Shown here one piece after another: positions 19,558 to 29,393 of a stretch of 64,000 bases of DNA (within the stretch, counting starts at the first letter, position 1; every line of letters begins with the position of its first letter). A model generated the notes under the pieces. It was not told where the DNA came from and did no database searches. It was given only the letters and a program-made list of their open reading frames with translations. Location: assembly GCA_038244085.1 (NCBI GenBank), contig JBBRTX010000001.1:138064-202063 (forward strand), given 5' to 3'. The position numbers and the translations under genes are program-made. Source of the DNA: Bacteroidales bacterium (lineage in GTDB: Bacteria; Bacteroidota; Bacteroidia; Bacteroidales; FEN-979).

Positions 19558-19625
19558 GTCATGACAAAAATTTTATCCAATTTTAAGATCGATTTCATTT
19601 ATTCATTTTCAAAATCCAATATTAT

Positions 19626-20915
19626 ATGATGGATTTGTGCCAGTTGTATTCCATCTATAAACAACATCCCATTGTTATTACCGACAGCCGGAAAATAACA
19701 TCCGGATGTCTCTTTTTTGCCTTAAAAGGAGATCATTTCGACGGTAATACCTTTGCCGGAAAAGCGCTTGAGATGGGTGCAGCCTTTGCCATCATTGATG
19801 ACAAAACCTTTCATGTTAACGAGAAATGTATCCTTGTAGAAAATGTCCTGGATACCCTTCAACAACTGGCACTTCATCACCGGAAACAACTCACTATCCC
19901 GGTAATCGCCATAACCGGAACCAATGGTAAGACCACCACCAAAGAACTTTCGTATGCGGTGCTTAATCGAAAGTATCGCACCATTGCTACATCAGGAAAC
20001 CTAAACAATCATATCGGAGTACCCCTGACCCTTCTTTCCATTCGGCCGGATACCGAAATCGCACTTATCGAGATGGGCGCCAATCATCTTAAGGAAATCG
20101 ACTTTCTTTGCCGGTTGGCTTTACCTACTCATGGACTGATCACCAATATCGGAAAGGCCCACCTGGAGGGATTCGGAGGCTTTGAAGGTGTGATCGAAAC
20201 TAAAACGGAATTATACCAGTACATGCAATCGGTGAATGGAACCATTTTTATCCATTCCGGTGATGAATTACTCATAAAACGGGCAGAGGGAATCACACAG
20301 ATTTCCTACGGAACAACCTCTGAATCAGCTGTTCACGGAGAGATTGTCTCCACCGGTCCTTATCTATGCCTGGATGTGTTTCTGCCGGAAAAAACCCGTA
20401 TCCGAACCCAACTCTTCGGCTCTTACAACGCCGATAACATACTTGCCGCCTGCTGCATAGGGAAGTCTTTCCAGGTTGATCCGGAAAAGATCAAACAAGC
20501 CTTAGAAGAATACCGGCCCGTGAATAACCGTTCACAAATCCTACAGACCACCAGGAACCGGCTGATCCTGGATGCATATAATGCCAATCCTTCCAGCATG
20601 GGACGAGCCATCCGGGATTTCAATGATCTGCCGGGAAAAAACAAGGTTTTTATCCTTGGGGATATGCTTGAGTTGGGCGAAGAAAGCGACACAGAACATC
20701 AGAAAATCCTTCAACTTCTTGAAGAATACAAAGCAGAGAAGGTTTATCTCGTCGGCCCCGTTTTCCTGCGGATCAATACAAAAATCGAATGGCACTGTTT
20801 CCAGGACAGTGATCTCGCGAAGCTCTGGCTGGGTCATCATCAGATCAGCGGTGCCGATGTTTTGCTGAAGGGATCAAGAGGAATACAATTGGAAAAGGTG
20901 GTTGCGGAGTTGTGA
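19626..20915 (+). CDS. murF: UDP-N-acetylmuramoyl-tripeptide--D-alanyl-D-alanine ligase
   Basis: Mur ligase motifs are present (ITGTNGKTTTKE, GANHLKEI, DAYNANPSSM), and the N-terminal DSRKITSGCLFFALKGDHFDGN is MurF-typical. Confidence 0.9.
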   Translation: MMDLCQLYSIYKQHPIVITDSRKITSGCLFFALKGDHFDGNTFAGKALEMGAAFAIIDDKTFHVNEKCILVENVLDTLQQLALHHRKQLTIPVIAITGTNGKTTTKELSYAVLNRKYRTIATSGNLNNHIGVPLTLLSIRPDTEIALIEMGANHLKEIDFLCRLALPTHGLITNIGKAHLEGFGGFEGVIETKTELYQYMQSVNGTIFIHSGDELLIKRAEGITQISYGTTSESAVHGEIVSTGPYLCLDVFLPEKTRIRTQLFGSYNADNILAACCIGKSFQVDPEKIKQALEEYRPVNNRSQILQTTRNRLILDAYNANPSSMGRAIRDFNDLPGKNKVFILGDMLELGEESDTEHQKILQLLEEYKAEKVYLVGPVFLRINTKIEWHCFQDSDLAKLWLGHHQISGADVLLKGSRGIQLEKVVAEL

Positions 20916-20947
20916 ACTTGAATTATATCGGCTATTACTCAAACAAA

Positions 20948-22003
20948 ATGAAAATCTATAAAGTAACCGGGCTAATGTCAGGAACATCGCTGGATGGTTT
21001 TGATATGGCCTACTGCGTTTTCCGGGAAGATGAAGGCCGCTGGAGTTATGAAATTTTGGCAGCCGAGACTTTCCCTTATCCGGAAGCATGGAAAGAACGG
21101 TGGAGAGGTCTTGAAAATGCATCGGCCATTGAATTTGTTCAGGCAGATGTGGATACGGGTCATTATTTTGGGGAGATCACCCATAAATTTCACCAGAGGC
21201 ATGACCTGAAGCCCGATTTCATTGCATCACACGGGCAAACCATCTTTCATCAGCCCGATAACCGGGTGACTGCCCAGATCGGAAGAGGAGCAGCCATTGC
21301 TGCAGAGACCGGATTGCCTGTGGTATGTGATTTTCGCACCGTCGATGTGGCTTTGGGTGGACAGGGTGCACCGCTGGTTCCGATCGGTGACCAACTGCTC
21401 TTCAGGGAATATGACTATTGCCTGAATCTCGGCGGTTTCGGGAATATTTCCTTTATTCAGGAAAACCAACGGATCGCATTTGATTGCTGTCCTGTGAATA
21501 TCGTTCTGAACCACCTGGCCGAACGAGCCGGGAAACCGTTTGATGAAGGCGGGATCATGGCCTCTGAAGGAAACATCCTTGATGATCTGCTGAAAAAATT
21601 GGAACAGCTCCCCTACTATCTTCAGAAACCGCCCAAATCGTTAGGAAAAGAATGGGTGAAGGAAAATGTTTTCCCGTTGTTAAATCCGGCCTTGTCCCTT
21701 ACCGACCTTTTGAGGACTTATACTGAACATATTGCCAGCCAGGTGGCCCGATGCACTGAATTCCATCCGGGAGAAAAAATGCTGGTAACCGGAGGCGGTG
21801 CGTTTAATTCCTTCCTGACCGGCCTGATCAGTGAAAAATGTCCGGCAGAAATCGTCATCCCTGATCCGGCTACCATCAATTTCAAGGAAGCCCTGGTTTT
21901 TGCCTTTCTCGGTGTTCTGAGATGGCGCAATGAGATCAATTGCCTTACATCGGTGACCGGTGCATTAAAAGATCATTGTGGCGGGGCGATTTATCTGGGC
22001 TAA
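20948..22003 (+). CDS. anmK: anhydro-N-acetylmuramic acid kinase
   Basis: MKIYKVTGLMSGTSLDGFDMAY and later GGGAFN are AnmK signatures. The start is placed at ATG 20948. Confidence 0.9.
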   Translation: MKIYKVTGLMSGTSLDGFDMAYCVFREDEGRWSYEILAAETFPYPEAWKERWRGLENASAIEFVQADVDTGHYFGEITHKFHQRHDLKPDFIASHGQTIFHQPDNRVTAQIGRGAAIAAETGLPVVCDFRTVDVALGGQGAPLVPIGDQLLFREYDYCLNLGGFGNISFIQENQRIAFDCCPVNIVLNHLAERAGKPFDEGGIMASEGNILDDLLKKLEQLPYYLQKPPKSLGKEWVKENVFPLLNPALSLTDLLRTYTEHIASQVARCTEFHPGEKMLVTGGGAFNSFLTGLISEKCPAEIVIPDPATINFKEALVFAFLGVLRWRNEINCLTSVTGALKDHCGGAIYLG

Positions 22004-22034
22004 TCCGTAATTTTGCAGATTATATGGCTGCAAA

Positions 22035-23330
22035 ATGACCTATCCCGAAACGCTGGATTATCTTTTCACCCACCTGCCCATGTTCCACCGGATCGGACAG
22101 GCTGCCTATAAAGCAGATCTCACCAATACCCTCATTTTGTGCGATCTGCTTGACAATCCCCAGAACCGATTTCCGTCGATACACGTAACCGGAACCAACG
22201 GGAAAGGTTCCGTATCTCATATGCTGGCGTCCATCTGCCAGGAAAACGGCCTGAAAACAGGGTTGTACACTTCGCCCCATCTGAAAGATTTTCGTGAAAG
22301 GATCCGGATCAATGGAAAAATGATCCCTGAAAATAAAGTCGTGCATTTTGTGAACCAATATCATGCGGCATTTGAAAAGATCGGGCTCTCTTTTTTTGAG
22401 ATGACGGTAGGAATGGCTTTTGACTATTTCCGTGAGGAAAAAGTGGATATCGCCATTGTGGAGGTTGGCCTGGGGGGACGCCTGGATTCCACCAATGTTA
22501 TTACACCACTTGTTTCTGTGATTACCAATGTCAGTTATGATCATATGCAGTTCCTGGGCGACACCCCGCAAAGCATTGCCTCCGAGAAGGCCGGGATCAT
22601 CAAACCAGGGATTCCGGTTGTGATTGGTGAAACACAGGAGGCTGTGAGGGAAGTTTTTACTTCGAAGGCCGCTCAGACAGGTTCTCAAATCTTTTTCGCA
22701 GATGAACATTTTTCGGTAAGAAACAGCAAGGTTGAAAAAACCAAGGACCATCTGGTTCGCTTGATGGATCTTTATCTGGATGACGATACGTACCTGCCCG
22801 ATCTGAAACTGCCGTTGCCGGGTAAATACCAGGAAAAAAACGTCATTACTGTCCTGGGAACCTGCAGTTTTCTTAAGGGTAAGTTTGAAGTTCCCGGAGA
22901 TAACTTGAAAGCCGGCCTCCAAAAGGTCATTGTGAACACGGGATTGATGGGCCGCTGGCAGGTCCTTTCCGATTCACCACTTACCATTTGTGATACGGGT
23001 CATAACGAGGCCGGGCTCAGGGAAGTATTAAGCCAGATCAGCCAGACACCGCATGATGCCCTTCATTTTGTTTTTGGGGTAGTGAATGATAAAGAGATCG
23101 ATAAGATCCTGAAGCTACTACCGGAAAAGGCAACCTATTATTTCTGTAAAGCAAATATACCCAGGGGACTGGATGCCACCCTGCTTAAGAACAAAGCAAA
23201 TGCTGAAGGGTTGAAAGGAGAGGCCTACGCATCGGTGACCGAAGCGCTCTCGTCTGCGAGAAATAATGCTTCAGAAAATGACCTGATATTTATCGGGGGA
23301 AGTACTTTCGTCGTGGCAGAAGTAATTTGA
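22035..23330 (+). CDS. folC: bifunctional folylpolyglutamate synthase / dihydrofolate synthase
   Basis: HVTGTNGKGSV (P-loop), EVGLGGRLDSTNV and the overall Mur-ligase-like layout are typical of FolC. Confidence 0.9.
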   Translation: MTYPETLDYLFTHLPMFHRIGQAAYKADLTNTLILCDLLDNPQNRFPSIHVTGTNGKGSVSHMLASICQENGLKTGLYTSPHLKDFRERIRINGKMIPENKVVHFVNQYHAAFEKIGLSFFEMTVGMAFDYFREEKVDIAIVEVGLGGRLDSTNVITPLVSVITNVSYDHMQFLGDTPQSIASEKAGIIKPGIPVVIGETQEAVREVFTSKAAQTGSQIFFADEHFSVRNSKVEKTKDHLVRLMDLYLDDDTYLPDLKLPLPGKYQEKNVITVLGTCSFLKGKFEVPGDNLKAGLQKVIVNTGLMGRWQVLSDSPLTICDTGHNEAGLREVLSQISQTPHDALHFVFGVVNDKEIDKILKLLPEKATYYFCKANIPRGLDATLLKNKANAEGLKGEAYASVTEALSSARNNASENDLIFIGGSTFVVAEVI

Positions 23331-23351
23331 TGCAACTCAGTGTAATTAAAA

Positions 23352-23561
23352 TTATCCCCCACTTATCAGGTGGAGAACCATTACATCATCACCGTCTTTC
23401 ACAGTGGCCAGGTCATAGTCGGTCTTTGCAACCAGAATTCCGTTAATCTTGATCACCAGCATCTTAAAAGTGAAATTTTTCGCCTTCAGCAACGCATTGA
23501 TGGTCATGGTTTCAGGAACAAACGATTCGGAAGTATTATTTAAAATGATGTTCATTTTCAA
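23352..23561 (-). CDS. thiS: ThiS-family sulfur-carrier protein
   Basis: 69 aa with beta-grasp-like features, ending in ...VKDGDDVMVLHLISGG (C-terminal Gly-Gly). It lies immediately downstream of a ThiF-type E1. Confidence 0.75.
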   Translation of the reverse strand: MKMNIILNNTSESFVPETMTINALLKAKNFTFKMLVIKINGILVAKTDYDLATVKDGDDVMVLHLISGG

Positions 23562-23576
23562 GGATATTTTTCACAG

Positions 23577-24164
23577 TCAGCTCATCTCACCGAGCAATAT
23601 CTCCAACACGGTATTGGCTTGCATATACGCCACGATCCCTACTCTTGGGGCTATGGGAGGCCTCTCAGCACCAATTTCCGAGACTTCATCTCCACAAATG
23701 TAGATATTTCCGATCTGTTGTTGATGGATCAGTTCATTCTTTCCCCATCCGGCTATACCGAGTCCGGTAACAAGTGGTAACCCGGGAAATATCGTCTGAA
23801 CCGTTTCAATTAACATTTGTTTCTGATCGGCCAGGTCGAAGGCCTCCACAATCACATCACAATCCTGAAACAGATGGGGAATATTCTCTGGTGTCAGTTT
23901 TACATCATGGGCAATCACCTCCGTCTCAGCATTGATCCTGCTGATATTCTCCCTGGTCGCGGATGCTTTTGGTTTACCTATCTGATCAAGGAAAAAGTAT
24001 TGCCGGTTCAGGTTTCCTTCATTCACGATATCAAAATCAGCGATGATGATCTTACCAATACCAACTCTGGCCAGCGCCACCGCACAATTGGACCCGAGAC
24101 CGCCAGCCCCGGCGATACCCACCGTTTTTGTGGAAAGTATTTCCTTTATTTCAGGAAAAGTCAT
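23577..24164 (-). CDS. thiF: ThiF-family (short form) adenylyltransferase for the adjacent sulfur carrier
   Basis: The Rossmann motif VGIAGAGGLGSN and NLNRQ motif of E1-like ThiF/MoeB enzymes are present. The ~195-aa short form lacks a rhodanese domain. Confidence 0.75.
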   Translation of the reverse strand: MTFPEIKEILSTKTVGIAGAGGLGSNCAVALARVGIGKIIIADFDIVNEGNLNRQYFFLDQIGKPKASATRENISRINAETEVIAHDVKLTPENIPHLFQDCDVIVEAFDLADQKQMLIETVQTIFPGLPLVTGLGIAGWGKNELIHQQQIGNIYICGDEVSEIGAERPPIAPRVGIVAYMQANTVLEILLGEMS

Positions 24165-24238
24165 TATTGATTATCTTTAATCCGGAAAGAATTGAAAAAG
24201 CTAAATGCAAAAATAACAAATCATTATGATTAAATTTC

Positions 24239-24246
24239 TAAATTTG
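24239..24246 (+). promoter_or_regulatory. candidate -7 promoter box (TAAATTTG)
   Basis: Exact TAnnTTTG match 47 nt upstream of the ATG at 24293. Confidence 0.4.
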
Positions 24247-24292
24247 CATTAGTTTCCTGAGAACTAAAACTCCTGCATAAAACTCAACTACT

Positions 24293-26023
24293 ATGTCAAA
24301 AAGAACGTTGTTAATCAGGGATCTGACCCTTCGTGATGGACAGCAATCCCTGTTTGCCACCCGGATGACACAAGACCAGGTGGACCGGGTACTTCCGTAT
24401 TATAAAGACGCCCGTTTTTATGCCATGGAGGTATGGGGCGGAGCCGTACCCGATTCGATCATGCGGTATCTTTCTGAGAATCCATGGACGCGGCTTGAAT
24501 CCATCAAAGCGGCCATCGGGGATGTTTCGTTACTAACGGCACTTTCGAGGGGAAGGAATCTTTTCGGCTACAATCCCTACCCGGAAGAAGTCATCGAAGG
24601 ATTCAACCGCAATGCCATTCAGTCAGGAATCGGAATCATGAGGATTTTCGATGCTTTGAATGACCTTAACAACATGAAATCCACCATTCGCATTGTGAAG
24701 GAAAATGGCGGTATTGCAGATTGTGCGATCAGTTATACCGTTGATCCAAAGTTTTCAAAGAAACAGAAATTTCATTCCTGGGTTCATTTGAAATCCCTTC
24801 CACATAATATTTTTACGCTGGATTACTTCGTAGCTAAAGCGGTAGAACTGGAAAAATTGGGAGCAGATATGATCAGCATCAAGGACATGGCCGGTCTTAT
24901 TCCACCCGAAACGAGCGGAAAACTGATCCGCCAACTGAAAGCTGAAGTGAGTGTTCCAATCGATTTTCACACCCATTGTACGCCCGGTTTCGGATTGGCT
25001 TCTGTGCTGATGGCGATCGTGAACGGAGTTGATATTGTTGATACTTCCATTATGAATTTTGCCGGTGGCCCGGCCGCACCTGCATTTGAGCTCGTTCAGA
25101 TATTCTGTACCCGCCTGGGTATTGAGACCGGAGTGAACCTCGAAGCTGTTTCGGCCATCAACAAGGAATTGCGGCTTATCAGGGAAGAACTTAAACAATT
25201 TGACAGTACGCCCCTGCCCATCGAATTTGACATCGCGAAAGATAAACTTCCCCGCGAAATCAACCGGATCTTCACCAAGGCCATTTATGCAGCCAAAAGG
25301 GATAAGTTTGATGAATGCCTGGAAGCCTGTATGGCCATCGAAAAATATTTCAACTTCCCCGAACCCGATGAGATGGTTAAAAAAGCCGAGATTCCCGGGG
25401 GAATGTATACCAATATGCTTGCCCAGTTAAAACAATTGAAACTCGACCACCTTCTTCCCCGTGTACTCGAGCTGGTTCCGCTCGTCCGGGTGAAATCCGG
25501 TTGCCCTCCCCTGGTTACGCCTACCAGTCAGATCGTAGGTGTTCAGGCAGTGAACTGCGTGATCGATGAAAACAAGGCCCAGCCATTCTTCACCACCAAA
25601 TCCATTCAATATGTAAACCTGGTGAAAGGTATCTATGGAAAAACCCCGATTCCCATTGATCCCGACTTCCGGGAACAACTCACCGGCGTCAGGGAAGAAA
25701 CAGGTTACGACACCCGGAACTACAAAAAACAGGAAAATACGGTTTTTGAAGATTATGGCGATATGAAGCTGGCGCAGAACGAGAAAGAAGAACTGCTCCT
25801 GGAGCTTTTCCCCACTGTGGCCAGGGATTACCTGACCAAATGCGTGGAGGAAAGATATACGGAAAACATTTTCCAGATTGAGGATGAAAAACGACGGAAA
25901 CAGCAGGAAGCACGGGAAGCTTATCAACGCCTCACTCCTGAGGAAAAACGAGAGCGGATCCTGGAAGGTTTGTACAACTTTCCATGGATGACAGCCCAGG
26001 ATGAAGACCTGGGCAGATCATAG
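24293..26023 (+). CDS. oxaloacetate decarboxylase alpha / pyruvate carboxylase subunit B-like carboxyltransferase, without a biotin-carrier domain
   Basis: The HMGL-like TIM-barrel N-terminus (LIRDLTLRDGQQSLFATRMT...YAMEVWGGA) and the conserved-region motif (PGGMYTNMLAQL) are present. The C-terminus is a charged tail with no (A/V)MKM biotinylation motif. Confidence 0.75.
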   Translation: MSKRTLLIRDLTLRDGQQSLFATRMTQDQVDRVLPYYKDARFYAMEVWGGAVPDSIMRYLSENPWTRLESIKAAIGDVSLLTALSRGRNLFGYNPYPEEVIEGFNRNAIQSGIGIMRIFDALNDLNNMKSTIRIVKENGGIADCAISYTVDPKFSKKQKFHSWVHLKSLPHNIFTLDYFVAKAVELEKLGADMISIKDMAGLIPPETSGKLIRQLKAEVSVPIDFHTHCTPGFGLASVLMAIVNGVDIVDTSIMNFAGGPAAPAFELVQIFCTRLGIETGVNLEAVSAINKELRLIREELKQFDSTPLPIEFDIAKDKLPREINRIFTKAIYAAKRDKFDECLEACMAIEKYFNFPEPDEMVKKAEIPGGMYTNMLAQLKQLKLDHLLPRVLELVPLVRVKSGCPPLVTPTSQIVGVQAVNCVIDENKAQPFFTTKSIQYVNLVKGIYGKTPIPIDPDFREQLTGVREETGYDTRNYKKQENTVFEDYGDMKLAQNEKEELLLELFPTVARDYLTKCVEERYTENIFQIEDEKRRKQQEAREAYQRLTPEEKRERILEGLYNFPWMTAQDEDLGRS

Positions 26024-26088
26024 CGATATGCACCTTTTTTCATATCGAACTTTTTGATCCTCTATCGTTTACGAAACGAAAAAAATGC

Positions 26089-26096
26089 TACTTTTG
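26089..26096 (+). promoter_or_regulatory. candidate -7 promoter box (TACTTTTG)
   Basis: Exact TAnnTTTG match 36 nt upstream of the ATG at 26132. Confidence 0.4.
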
Positions 26097-26131
26097 CTTG
26101 TGAAATCCATAACGCTTCAAAATAATAATTT

Positions 26132-28297
26132 ATGAAATTCGAGGAATTTAAAGAATCCCACAAACTACTGCATGCTTACAAATACAGCTGGGCACCCATT
26201 GACAGAGGATACAACAACCGTACGATTTACGTGAATGTTGGTGATGGCGAGATCCGGGAAAAACCTGTATCTGCAAAAATGAAAGAAAAATTTATCGGTG
26301 GAAAAGGATTTGACCTGCGTTTGCTCTGGGATGCCACCCAGCCATCCACGAAATGGAACGATCCCGAAAACGAGATCGTCATCTCCGGAGGACCGATCTG
26401 TGGCATCACCCAGTATTCAGGAACAGGAAAAGCAATCGTTTGCACGATCTCTCCACAAACCGACTCCATCATGGATTCGAATGTTGGCGGATATTTTGGC
26501 CCGTTCCTTAAATTCTGCGGATTTGATGCACTCGAAATCCAGGGAAAATCGGATCAGGAAGTCATGATCCTTTTCGATGAAGAGCGTGAAGTGATAGAAA
26601 TCTATGAAGCAGGTGATCTTCCTTCCGATAGTCATGTTCTCGGTGAAATACTTCATGAGATGATGGCAAAGGAAGGCAATGATAAAGATAAAATGAATGT
26701 GTCGGTAGTTTCTGCGGGAACTGCAGCCGAACATTCGTTGATCGGTATGCTGAATTTTACTTTTTACGATCCGAAACGTAAGGTCGTCCGCCTAAAACAG
26801 GCCGGTCGCGGCGGTATCGGAACCGTTCTGAGGGATAAGAAAATCAAAGCGGTGGTGGCAAAAGTGAAAACCATCGGGGGCAACCGGAATAACGTTGTCA
26901 ACATGGAGGCCATCCAGGAAAGAGGCCGCCGGTTCAACAAGGAAATGAGGGAACTCGACGACAAGCAATGTGAGATGAAAAGCAAGGGAACCGCTCACCT
27001 CACCCATATCATGAACGATTATGACCTGTTGCCGGTGCATAATTTTAAATTCGGCAGTCATCCTGATGCATTCAAGATCCGTGGAGATGTCTGGAAATCT
27101 TACTTTACCCAAAACGTACCGGATGGTTGCTGGGTTGGTTGCAACATGGCCTGTGCAAAAGGCGTAGACAATTATGAACTCCGGTCAGGGCCCTACAAGG
27201 GAGATAAAGTGATCGTAGACGGGCCGGAATATGAAACGACTTCTTCTCTCGGTTCTATCGCCGGAATATTCAATCCCGATTTCACCATCGAAGCCAATTT
27301 CTATTGTGATACTTATGGCATTTGTACCATTTCCTGGGGAACCATTCTCGGTTTTATGATGGAGTGCTATGAAAATGGCATTCTGAATCAGGAACGAACC
27401 GGCGGACTGAAACTCAATTTCGGTAATGCCGACGATGCCATGGAACTGTTACACATGGTTTCGCGTGGTGAAGGATTCGGCTTAATTGCCGGTTTGGGCG
27501 TCAGGAAAATGAAAGAGCTTTTCGCAAAAAAAGGCTGGGGTGATGCAGGATTCATGCAGGATATCGGCATGGAAAATAAAGGTCTTGAATATTCCCAGTA
27601 TGTTTCCAAGGAATCCCTTGCCCAGCAAGGTGGATATGCGATGACCAACAAAGGTCCGCAGCATGATGAAGCATGGCTGATCTTTATGGACATGGTAAAT
27701 AACCACATTCCCACGTTCGAAAAGAAAGCTGAAGCGCTGCATTATTTCCCGATGTTCCGCACCTGGTTTGGCCTGGTTGGACTTTGCAAACTTCCCTGGA
27801 ATGATGTTGAACCGGAAAGCAATCCTCAAACCAGCGAGCCAGCCAAGGTTCCTGAACATGTAGATAATTATGTAACCATCTTCAATGCCGTTACAGGAGC
27901 TAATGTTGATAAGGACGAACTGGTCAGACAATCCGAAAGGGTTTATAATTTCCAGCGGATATTCAACCTCCGTCGCGGTTATGGTACAAGGAAGCATGAT
28001 GCTCAGCCTTATCGCGCCTGCGGTCCGGTTACAAAAGAAGAATATGAATCACGCGCCGAACGGTACGACAAACAACTAATCGAGAAGGTCAATTATGATC
28101 CTGCCGGCAAGACCACAGAAGAAAAGATGGCTATCACACGCGCATACCGCGAAGACCAGTATGAAAAGCTGTTGGATGCGGTTTATGAACGCCGGGGTTG
28201 GACAAAGAATGGCGTTCCAACCATCGAACATCTGAAAAAGATTGGAATGGACCTGCCTGAACTGATCGAAGTGGTGACTCCTTTCCAGGAGAACTGA
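26132..28297 (+). CDS. aldehyde:ferredoxin oxidoreductase (AOR) family tungsto/molybdopterin enzyme, long (~720 aa, YdhV-like) form
   Basis: It has an AOR N-terminal domain (GGKGFDLRLLW, NVGGYFGPFLKFCGFDALEIQG) and AOR domain 2/3 motifs (EYETTSSLGS, CDTYGIC). It is roughly 100 aa longer than classical archaeal AORs. Confidence 0.85.
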   Translation: MKFEEFKESHKLLHAYKYSWAPIDRGYNNRTIYVNVGDGEIREKPVSAKMKEKFIGGKGFDLRLLWDATQPSTKWNDPENEIVISGGPICGITQYSGTGKAIVCTISPQTDSIMDSNVGGYFGPFLKFCGFDALEIQGKSDQEVMILFDEEREVIEIYEAGDLPSDSHVLGEILHEMMAKEGNDKDKMNVSVVSAGTAAEHSLIGMLNFTFYDPKRKVVRLKQAGRGGIGTVLRDKKIKAVVAKVKTIGGNRNNVVNMEAIQERGRRFNKEMRELDDKQCEMKSKGTAHLTHIMNDYDLLPVHNFKFGSHPDAFKIRGDVWKSYFTQNVPDGCWVGCNMACAKGVDNYELRSGPYKGDKVIVDGPEYETTSSLGSIAGIFNPDFTIEANFYCDTYGICTISWGTILGFMMECYENGILNQERTGGLKLNFGNADDAMELLHMVSRGEGFGLIAGLGVRKMKELFAKKGWGDAGFMQDIGMENKGLEYSQYVSKESLAQQGGYAMTNKGPQHDEAWLIFMDMVNNHIPTFEKKAEALHYFPMFRTWFGLVGLCKLPWNDVEPESNPQTSEPAKVPEHVDNYVTIFNAVTGANVDKDELVRQSERVYNFQRIFNLRRGYGTRKHDAQPYRACGPVTKEEYESRAERYDKQLIEKVNYDPAGKTTEEKMAITRAYREDQYEKLLDAVYERRGWTKNGVPTIEHLKKIGMDLPELIEVVTPFQEN

Positions 28298-28325
28298 TTC
28301 TTCTGAACAATCCATCGAAAAGAGA

Positions 28326-28351
28326 GGCCGTCCCAAAAGGGGCGGTCTTTT
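28326..28351 (+). terminator. rho-independent terminator after the AOR gene
   Basis: A 9-bp stem GGCCGTCCC / GGGGCGGTC (two G.U pairs) with an AAAA tetraloop is followed by TTTTACTTT. Confidence 0.6.
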
Positions 28352-28490
28352 ACTTTATGGTAGCTCTGCATATTACGAATCCCAAATATCGAATAAAACA
28401 CAATACTCAAATCTAAAACAGGTATGTACAAAATACAGATAACAAAAACTTGACATGGAGTATGAATTATATTATATTTACCGCAATATT

Positions 28491-28498
28491 TATTTTTG
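28491..28498 (+). promoter_or_regulatory. candidate -7 promoter box (TATTTTTG) overlapping a 7-bp inverted repeat
   Basis: TAnnTTTG match 36 nt upstream of the ATG at 28534. It is embedded in the perfect inverted repeat ACCGCAA-N9-TTGCGGT (28479-28501), a possible operator. Confidence 0.35.
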
Positions 28499-28533
28499 CG
28501 GTGTAAATATATTTCTTTCATCAGCCTTTATTT

Positions 28534-29193
28534 ATGGTTAAACCTATCCGGATCTTAATTGTGGAAGACCAGACCCTGGTGAGGAAAGGGTTTAAGTCAC
28601 TGATACAGATGTACCGGCCCGCCTGGGAAGTATTTGAGGCGGTGGACGGGATCAAGGCGTTGATTTCAGTTAGAGAACATGAACCGGATCTCATCCTGAT
28701 GGATTATTTCATGCCAAAGCTGGATGGATTAAAAGCGGCAAAATTTATTCTGGAAGAATTTCCTGAAACTAAAATCATCATGGTTTCGACTGAGCAAAGC
28801 CCGGAGTTTATCGCTGAAACTTTCTCCACCGGTTACATGGGTATTGTCTGCAAGGATTCATCAGACCGCGAATTACTGGAAGCCCTTGATAAAGTTGCCT
28901 CCGGAGAAATGTATATCAGGGAAGACCTTCAGCAATATGCGAACATCGATCTGAAATCCTACGTAAAAAAGAAGATTTCTAATCAACATTCGCCTGCCCC
29001 GGAACTTTCTGTAAGGGAGGTTGAGATTCTCCGTCATCTTTCCAATGGATTAAAATGTAATGAGGTTGGCAAACAACTGGGCATCAGCAAGCGGACAGTT
29101 CACAATCACAAAGCCAACATCTGTAAAAAATTCCAGATTCATTCCATCGCGGCCCTGGTCCGGTTTGCCATGCAGCATAATCTTACTCAATAA
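28534..29193 (+). CDS. two-component response regulator, NarL/LuxR family (REC + HTH_LuxR)
   Basis: The receiver domain (ILIVEDQ...DLILMDYFMPKLDG) is followed by a C-terminal LuxR HTH (LSVREVEILRHLSNGLKCNEVGKQLGISKRTVHNHKANICKK). No cognate kinase gene is adjacent. Confidence 0.9.
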   Translation: MVKPIRILIVEDQTLVRKGFKSLIQMYRPAWEVFEAVDGIKALISVREHEPDLILMDYFMPKLDGLKAAKFILEEFPETKIIMVSTEQSPEFIAETFSTGYMGIVCKDSSDRELLEALDKVASGEMYIREDLQQYANIDLKSYVKKKISNQHSPAPELSVREVEILRHLSNGLKCNEVGKQLGISKRTVHNHKANICKKFQIHSIAALVRFAMQHNLTQ

Positions 29194-29360
29194 TCAATTC
29201 AGACCAAAAGATCAAAGATCAGCCTGTGGTTAAACTGTTCTGCTTTCCTGATTAAACAGATACAATAAATCAACATGTTTTTAAGAACTGAGAATTTACC
29301 CGAAAAGAAATGAAGCTCCCCGCCGCAGAGCAGCGGAGTATCAAATTGATATTGTATTTT

Positions 29361-29382
29361 TTCCCGCAGCAAGCTGCGGGGA
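29361..29382. repeat. GC-rich hairpin element (CCCGCAG-CAAG-CTGCGGG)
   Basis: A perfect 7-bp stem with a 4-nt loop. A degenerate copy (CCGCCGCAGAGCAGCGG) lies ~35 nt upstream at 29329-29338. Both are read through by the spurious 65-aa ORF at 29199..29396. Confidence 0.6.
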
Positions 29383-29393
29383 ATTAACCCAAG

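Noticed and set aside
22020-22922. 300-aa ORF on the minus strand.
   Set aside because: It lies entirely antisense to folC, whose Mur-ligase motifs are unambiguous. The translated sequence has no recognisable motifs and low-complexity, non-protein-like composition.
24165-24292. Looked for a TPP riboswitch upstream of thiF-thiS.
   Set aside because: A CTGAGA hexamer occurs on the plus strand, but the other conserved THI-box segments (GGGGTGC..., ACCTGATCTGGATAATGCCAGCG) are absent on either strand.
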